From positions 1-64,000 of the forward strand of contig CAVYSY010000039.1 in NCBI GenBank assembly GCA_963771175.1: a stretch of 64,000 nucleotides of DNA, in the 5' to 3' direction. A program made the position numbers and the translations under genes. This DNA comes from an uncultured delta proteobacterium (GTDB lineage: Bacteria > Myxococcota > Myxococcia > Myxococcales > Myxococcaceae). A model generated the notes under the pieces. It saw nothing but the letters and a program-made list of their open reading frames with translations, was not told the DNA's origin and did no database searches. Numbering within the stretch: position 1 is the stretch's first letter; every line of letters begins with the position of its first letter. Positions 38,927-64,000 of this stretch are shown here, one piece after another.

Positions 38927-40321
38927 ATGCCATCCAGCTCCCGTTGGTTGTTGCTGTTGGTCCCTGGCCTGTTGTTTTTCTATACATTGAGCGGCGCGCC
39001 CTCCGAAGCCGCGGCAGCCCCGAGCGGCGGCGGTGAGTGCAAGAAGTGTCCACCAGACAGTGGGACCGATGGGGGCAGGCTCGACGGGGCACAGGGGCGG
39101 ATGGCGGGACGCCGGACGCGGGCACCGGCTCCGACGCCGGGACGCCCACGCAGCTGCCTCGGCCAGCCGCTGCTCGAGTCCCTCGGGAAGGAGCATGTGC
39201 TCCTCGGTGCGAAGACGAACGACGACGTGGCCGGGCTGGCACCGTTCGACCTCCGCTACATCTATCTCGCGGGTGGCCTGTTTGATTCGGTACAGCCGTG
39301 CACCTCATGCCTGAGCTGCACCGCCGCGGGGCAGTCCTGCTCCAACTCGAACCCCAATGGCTGCGGTTGGCATGGCTGCTGGCAGTGGGATCAGCTCGCG
39401 CCTGGACAGTTCCTGCGCGACTTCCTCCTGAAGACCACCACCCTGGGACAGATCCCGATGATCACCTACTACGAGCTCCTCCACACCAGCCGCGTGGCGG
39501 AGGGCTCGCAGGAGGTCGCCAAGGCACAGGACGTTGCATTGATGCAGCGTTACTACAATGATTGGCGTTTCGTGTTGAAGCAAATTGGCAGCATGACTGT
39601 CTTTCTTCACGTCGAGCCAGACTTCTGGGGCTATGCCCAGCAGGTGAACACGAATCCACGCCTGATTCCGGCGGCGGTCGCCTCGGCCAATCCCACGGAC
39701 TGCGGCACGGTGGAGAACACCATCGCCGGCATGGGCCGCTGCATGATCGCCATGGCCCGCAAGTACGCCCCCAACGCCCGCATCGGCCTGCACGCCTCGG
39801 CGTGGGGCACGAAGATCGACGCCATGATGAACAGGGATCCGGCGCTCGACGTGGAGGCCGAGGCGCGCAAGACCGCGGACTTCCTCCTCCAGTGTGGCGG
39901 GGGCGCGGGGGACTTCGTCGTGGTGGAGACGAGCGACCGGGACGCGCAGTACTACCAGGTGCGCCTGGGTCGCAATAGCTGGTGGGATCCGACCAACGCC
40001 ACGCTCCCACACTTCCGCCAGGCCTTCCGGTTCGCCAAGGCGCTCTCGGAGCGGATGAACCTGCCCAACCTGTGGTGGCAGATGCCCGTGGGCAACATGT
40101 CGATGCCCGGCTACGACCAGCACTGGAAGGACAACCGTCTGGACTACTTCCTCGACCACCCGCAGGAGGTCGCCGCCGCCCACGGGATTGGGATGATCTT
40201 CGGCGCGGGGGAGCAGCTCCAGACGAACCCCTCCACCGACAACGGGCACCTGCTGCAACGGGCGAACGCCTACTTCTTCAACGGTGGGCAGCTCGCCTGC
40301 CCCAACGCCAGCACCCGCTGA
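38927..40321 (+). CDS. Secreted protein, possibly a glycoside-hydrolase-like TIM barrel
   Basis: Signal peptide. A myxobacterial DAG linker (DGGTPDAGTGSDAG) sits in an alternative frame near 39100, implying compensating frameshifts. Motifs LHVEPDFWGY and WWQMPVGN. Confidence 0.6.
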   Translation: MPSSSRWLLLLVPGLLFFYTLSGAPSEAAAAPSGGGECKKCPPDSGTDGGRLDGAQGRMAGRRTRAPAPTPGRPRSCLGQPLLESLGKEHVLLGAKTNDDVAGLAPFDLRYIYLAGGLFDSVQPCTSCLSCTAAGQSCSNSNPNGCGWHGCWQWDQLAPGQFLRDFLLKTTTLGQIPMITYYELLHTSRVAEGSQEVAKAQDVALMQRYYNDWRFVLKQIGSMTVFLHVEPDFWGYAQQVNTNPRLIPAAVASANPTDCGTVENTIAGMGRCMIAMARKYAPNARIGLHASAWGTKIDAMMNRDPALDVEAEARKTADFLLQCGGGAGDFVVVETSDRDAQYYQVRLGRNSWWDPTNATLPHFRQAFRFAKALSERMNLPNLWWQMPVGNMSMPGYDQHWKDNRLDYFLDHPQEVAAAHGIGMIFGAGEQLQTNPSTDNGHLLQRANAYFFNGGQLACPNASTR

Positions 40322-40338
40322 GCCAGGGAGCCGGAACG

Positions 40339-40373
40339 GCCAGGCGTCAGGCGGTGCGCCCCTGACGCCTGGC
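40339..40373. terminator. GC-rich hairpin between convergent genes
   Basis: 13-bp perfect IR GCCAGGCGTCAGG / CCTGACGCCTGGC. No U-tract. Confidence 0.5.
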
Positions 40374-40386
40374 ACTGCCCTTCGCG

Positions 40387-43300
40387 TCACCTCGTCTCGG
40401 GTGCCTTGAGGAAGCCGCGGCGCACGAGAGCTGAGAGGTAGGTCGAAATCAAGGTGGTGTCCACCGGCGGGCAGGACGCCCCCGTTCCTCCCAAGGCCCG
40501 CCGCGTGTGGCCACAGTCGCAGACCACCATCCGTGGCCCTCCGACGCTCCGGTCCTCGGGCGGGACCTGCTGGAGGAACATGAGCAGATCTCCCAGCTCG
40601 CTGTCGGACGCGGCATCCGAGGCCAGCTGGGCGAGCCATTCGTCATAGGGGAGGACGCGCAACCCGTAGCCAAAGGCCCGCATGAGGCTCCACATCTCAT
40701 CGGCGCGCACGAGCCGCGGATTGACGAGGTGATAGGTCTGGCCGATCGACTCCGGGCGCAGGGAGAGCTCAACGATGGCACTGCTGACGTAATCGACGGG
40801 CGTCAGGTCGAGCAGGGCATTGACGCTTGGAGCCATCCCCATCCGGACGCACCCCTTGAGGGTCCGGCACACCAGATCGTCCGTGTTCCAGGCACCCGTC
40901 TGGCTGTGGCCGGTCACCCTCCCCGGTCGGAGGATGGTGACCGGGAGCCCACGCCGTGAGGCCTCCCTCACGAGCTTCTCGGCGACCCACTTGCTCTGTG
41001 CATAGCCTCCCACCAGGTTCGTGGGCCCATCCAGAGGCTCATCCTCCCGGATCGGATCCTCGCGTCCCAGGGGCAACACCGAGACCGTCGAGACGTAGTG
41101 CAGCGGCTTGACGCGTGTCCGTGTCGCGAGCCGGAGGATCTCCCGCGTGCCGAGCACGTTGGCCGCCCGGAGTGACTCGTAGGGGTAGAGGAAATTGACG
41201 AGCGCACCGTTGTGATAGATGGCGTCAACCTCCTCCGAGAGCCGCTGGAACTCCGTCTCCGAGAGCCCCAGCAGGGGCTGGCTGATATCCCCTCGGACAG
41301 GGACGATGCGAGACGCCAGGGCCTCGCTCCACAGCGAATAGCTCTCCAGGTTCTTGCGAATCCGGTGCAGCCCCTCCTGCTCCGTCGCGGCGCGCACCAG
41401 GCAATAGATGCGCGCATCCGTCTTGCGGCAGAGCTCCTCCAGAAGGAAGGCGCCGAGGAAGCCGGTGGCGCCCGTCAGCAGGAGGGTGCGCGCGGCCCCC
41501 GACACCGGCGGTCGCACCCCTCGCGGATCGATCCCCGCATCGAGCACGGCATCCGCTTCCAACTCCGCCGTCACATCGTGGGTTGGCAGTGAACCCGTCC
41601 TCACGGCCTCGATGGCCCGCGCCATCTCCTCCAGGGTCGGCGCCCGCAGCAGGGCACGCAGCGGGATGTCCGCGCCGGACGCCGAGCGGGCGAGGACGAG
41701 CACCCGGTAGAGCAGGATCGAGTGCCCTCCGAGCTCGAAGAAGTTGTCGTGGACGCCGATCTGCTCCACTCCCAGGACCTGGCGCCAGATGGCGGCCACG
41801 GCCTCTTCCCCGGGGGTCCGCGGCGCGACGTGCTCTTTCGCCGACCCCGAGCGCAGGTGCTCCGGTGCCGGGAGCGCGGCGCGATCCACCTTGCCGTTCG
41901 GAGTGAGCGGCATCGCGTCGAGGCTCACGAACGAAAAGGGGACCATGTACTCGGGCAGCCTGGACTTCAGGTAGTCACGCAGCTCGTCCGGAGTCGGGCG
42001 CCTTCTCGCCACGCGCGACCACGTAGGCGACAAGCTTCTTGTCCTCCCCCGATTCCCGCACCACCACCACGGCCTCTCGGACCCCCGGGTGCTCCATCAG
42101 CACCGCGGCGATCTCCCCGAGCTCGATGCGGAAGCCACGGAGCTTCACCTGGTGATCCATCCGGCCCAGGTACTCGAGCTGCCCGTCCGGGAGCCACCGC
42201 GCCAGGTCACCCGTCCTGTACAGGCGGGCCTCGGGGTCCCCACCGAAGGGGGAGTGGACGAACCTCTCCGCCGTGAGGTCCGGTCGGCCCAGGTACCCGC
42301 GCGCGACGCCGCTGCCGCCGATGTAGACCTCGCCCGGCACGCCGATGGGCATGGGCTCCCTGTTCGGATCCAACACGTACACCTGGGTGTTCCCGATGGG
42401 GTGCCCGATGGTCGGCGTCTGCCCGCGACCCACCCGGGTGAACGTCGAGTAGGTCGTGGTCTCGCTCGGACCATAGAGGTTGAGCACCTCTCGCACATGG
42501 TCGAGCTGATAGATCTGCTCGACCAGCGCACCCGCGAGTGCTTCACCTGCCAGGTTCACGATCGACACCGAGGACGGCACGGCGCCCGCTCGCAGGAGCG
42601 CGCCCATGGCCGAGGGCACGGTGTTGATGAGCGTCACTTCCCGGGCCGCGGGCAGCTCCGGCAGCTCCAGCGCGTTCTTCGCGACGATCACCTTCGCGCC
42701 ACAGCACAGAGGCGTGAAGATCTCGAAGACCGACAGGTCGAAGCAGATCGACGTCGAGGCCAGTGTCCCCGCCAGCTGTGCTCGGAGAGAAGACGCGCAT
42801 GGCCCACATCAGGAAGGCCACGGCGTTGCGGTGCTCGATCATGACGCCCTTGGGCTTGCCGGTGGAGCCCGAGGTGTAGATGAGATAGGCGAGCGCCTCC
42901 GGTGCCGTGGTGCGCTCGGGGTTCTCGTCCCTCTCGGCGCCGATGGCTGGCCAGTCCGTGTCCAGGCACACCACACGCGCCTGGGTGGAGGGGAGCTCCG
43001 GGACGAGGCGCTGCTGCGTGAGCAGCACCGGCACCTGGGCATCCTCGAGGATCAGCGCCAGCCGCTCCTTCGGGTAGGCGGGATCCAACGGGACATAGGC
43101 CCCCCCAGCCTTGAGGATGGCCAGCAGTCCGATGACGACGTCTTCCGTGCGCTCGACGCAGAGGCCGACGCGCACCTCGGGCCCTACGCCGAGCCGCCGC
43201 AGATGATGGGCGAGCTGATTCGCCCGGCGATTGAGCTCGGCGTAGGTGAGGGTCCGTTGCCCGCTCACCACGGCCACCGCCTGGGGGGTCCGCTCCACCT

Positions 43301-44929
43301 GGGCCTGCACGAGCTCGTGCATGCACACCGCCGGCACGTCGATCGCCGGACCGTTCCACTCGACGAGGAGCGTCCCTCGCTCTTCCGCCGTCAACAGCGG
43401 CAGCTTCGATAGCGGAACCTCGGGGTGGGCCACGATGGACTCGAGCAGCACCTGGAAGTGCCCCACCATCCGCGCCGCCGTCGAGGCGTCGAAGACCTCC
43501 TTCGAGTACTCGAGCATGCCGGCCAGGCCCTTCTCTCCCGAGGCCATGATCAGCGAGAGCTCGAACTTGGCCGTCCCCTCCACGCTGCCATCCGGGGCTC
43601 CATTCAGGAATGACCAACTCGTCCCCGGCAGCTCGAGGGCCGGCGCCGGAATGTTCTCCAGGGTGAAGCAGGCACTCACCAGCGGGTTGAGCCCACCATC
43701 GCGTGGCGCGCCGACCGACTGCACCACCTCGCTGAACGGCAACGCCTGGTGGTCCAGCGCCTCGAGCACCGCCTTGCGGGCACGCGCCAGCCATTGCACG
43801 AAGGTCGGCCCGCCCGACAGATCACACCGGAGCACGAGGGTGTTGGCGACGAAGCCGATGAGATCCCGCGGCACGCTCCCCCGGTTGGCGATCACCGTCC
43901 CCACACCGAAGTCGAGCTGTCCGGAGTAACGGTGCAGGAGTGCCGAGAACGCGGAGAAGAGCACCATGAACAGGCTGCATCCCTCCCGGCTGGCGAGCTC
44001 CCGCAGGGCCTCGCTGAGCGCTGGCGACAAGGAGAGGGGAACGGTGGCACCGCGATGGCTCGTGGAGGTGGAGGCCGCATGATCCACGGGGAGCTGGAGC
44101 GGAGGCAGACCCGTGAGCTTCTCCTTCCAGTACGTGCGCTCACGGGCTCCCGACTCTCCGGCCAACCACGCACGCTCGCGCAAGGCCGCGTCGGCGAACT
44201 GCATCGACACGGGCGGCAACGCGGCCGTCTCCCTCCTGACGAAGCCCGCGTAGAGCGCCGACAACTCCCGGACGAAGACGCCGAGTGACCAGCCATCCGT
44301 GATGATGTGGTGCTTCGTCACGAAGAGGGCGAAGTCGTCGGCCCCCAGTGCCACGAGCGTGACACGCAGGAGCGGACCCTTCGCCAGATCGAAGGGATGC
44401 CGGGCCAGCTCGTCCGAGCGCCGCAGGAGCGCCTCCTCGCGCTCCTGCTCCGTGAGCCCCGGCAGGTCCTCGAGCTTCAGCTCCACACCGGTTTCGGGAG
44501 ACGCGACGACCTGCCGGGGACTCCCCTCCACCTCGGGGAACCGCGTCCGGAGCACCTCGTGCCGCCGGACGAGCTCGTCCAGGCTCCGGCGCAGGGCCTT
44601 GCTGTCGAGCGCGCCGCGCACGCGGATGCCGAGATGGACGTTGTACTGCGGCGTGCCGGGCGAGAGGCGATCGAGGAACCAGAGCCGCTCCTGCCCGCTG
44701 GACAACGGGATGACCTCTGGCCTCGCGGGGGCCCGTCCCGGCTCTCTCCCCGCATCCTCCCGAGAGGAATGCTTGCTCAGGAACGCCAGGATGTCTCCCT
44801 TGCTCGCCGACAGCTCGGCGCGCAACTCCGGGGTGAGGACGGCCTTGCCCGCCTCGACCAGGAGCTTGTCTCCGTCGACACGCAGGCGCACCCCCTTGGC
44901 CGCGAGGGTGCCCAACAACTCACGTACAC

Positions 44930-44933
<4 letters not shown>
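40387..44933 (-). CDS. mxaA: Myxalamid NRPS (docking-C-A(Ala)-PCP-R), frameshifts near 42780 and 42000
   Basis: HHIITDG. A-domain code read as DLFNNALTYK (Ala). PCP GGHSI. SDR-type R domain TGATGFLG/YAQSK...PPEDRSVGGPRMVVCD, which I recognise as near-identical to MxaA R. Three ORFs: 42543..44933, 41975..42691 and 40387..42033. Confidence 0.9.

Positions 44934-64000
<19,067 letters not shown>

Overview
High-GC myxobacterial DNA (Cystobacterineae-like: DUF2378 gene, MYXO-CTERM-like tail, myxalamid genes). Many single-base frameshifts suggest an error-prone long-read assembly. From left to right: (1) an accessory region at 1-7.3 kb with an RCC1-repeat protein, an alkaline phosphatase-family gene, a SphA/MetA-type barrel, a truncated methyltransferase, a lipoprotein and nested mobile-element remnants; (2) an OmpR-type two-component system divergent from a three-gene surface/membrane operon, followed by DUF2378; (3) a translationally coupled operon of three non-canonical ClpA/B-like AAA+ proteins with HicB-like N-termini, two of which appear fused to a GGQ-less peptide-release-factor-like domain; (4) a divergent M48 peptidase-TerB gene coupled to an orphan AT-less PKS-NRPS that ends in an acyl-ACP-reductase-like domain; (5) an M35 protease, an AT-rich repeat-bearing spacer, two oxidoreductases, a MecA-like PBP and a secreted protein; (6) the 3' half of a myxalamid cluster (mxaC partial, mxaB, mxaA). 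The best candidates for undescribed systems are the triple Clp/RF-like operon and the AAR-terminated PKS-NRPS. All family assignments come from motifs read by eye; no database searches were run.
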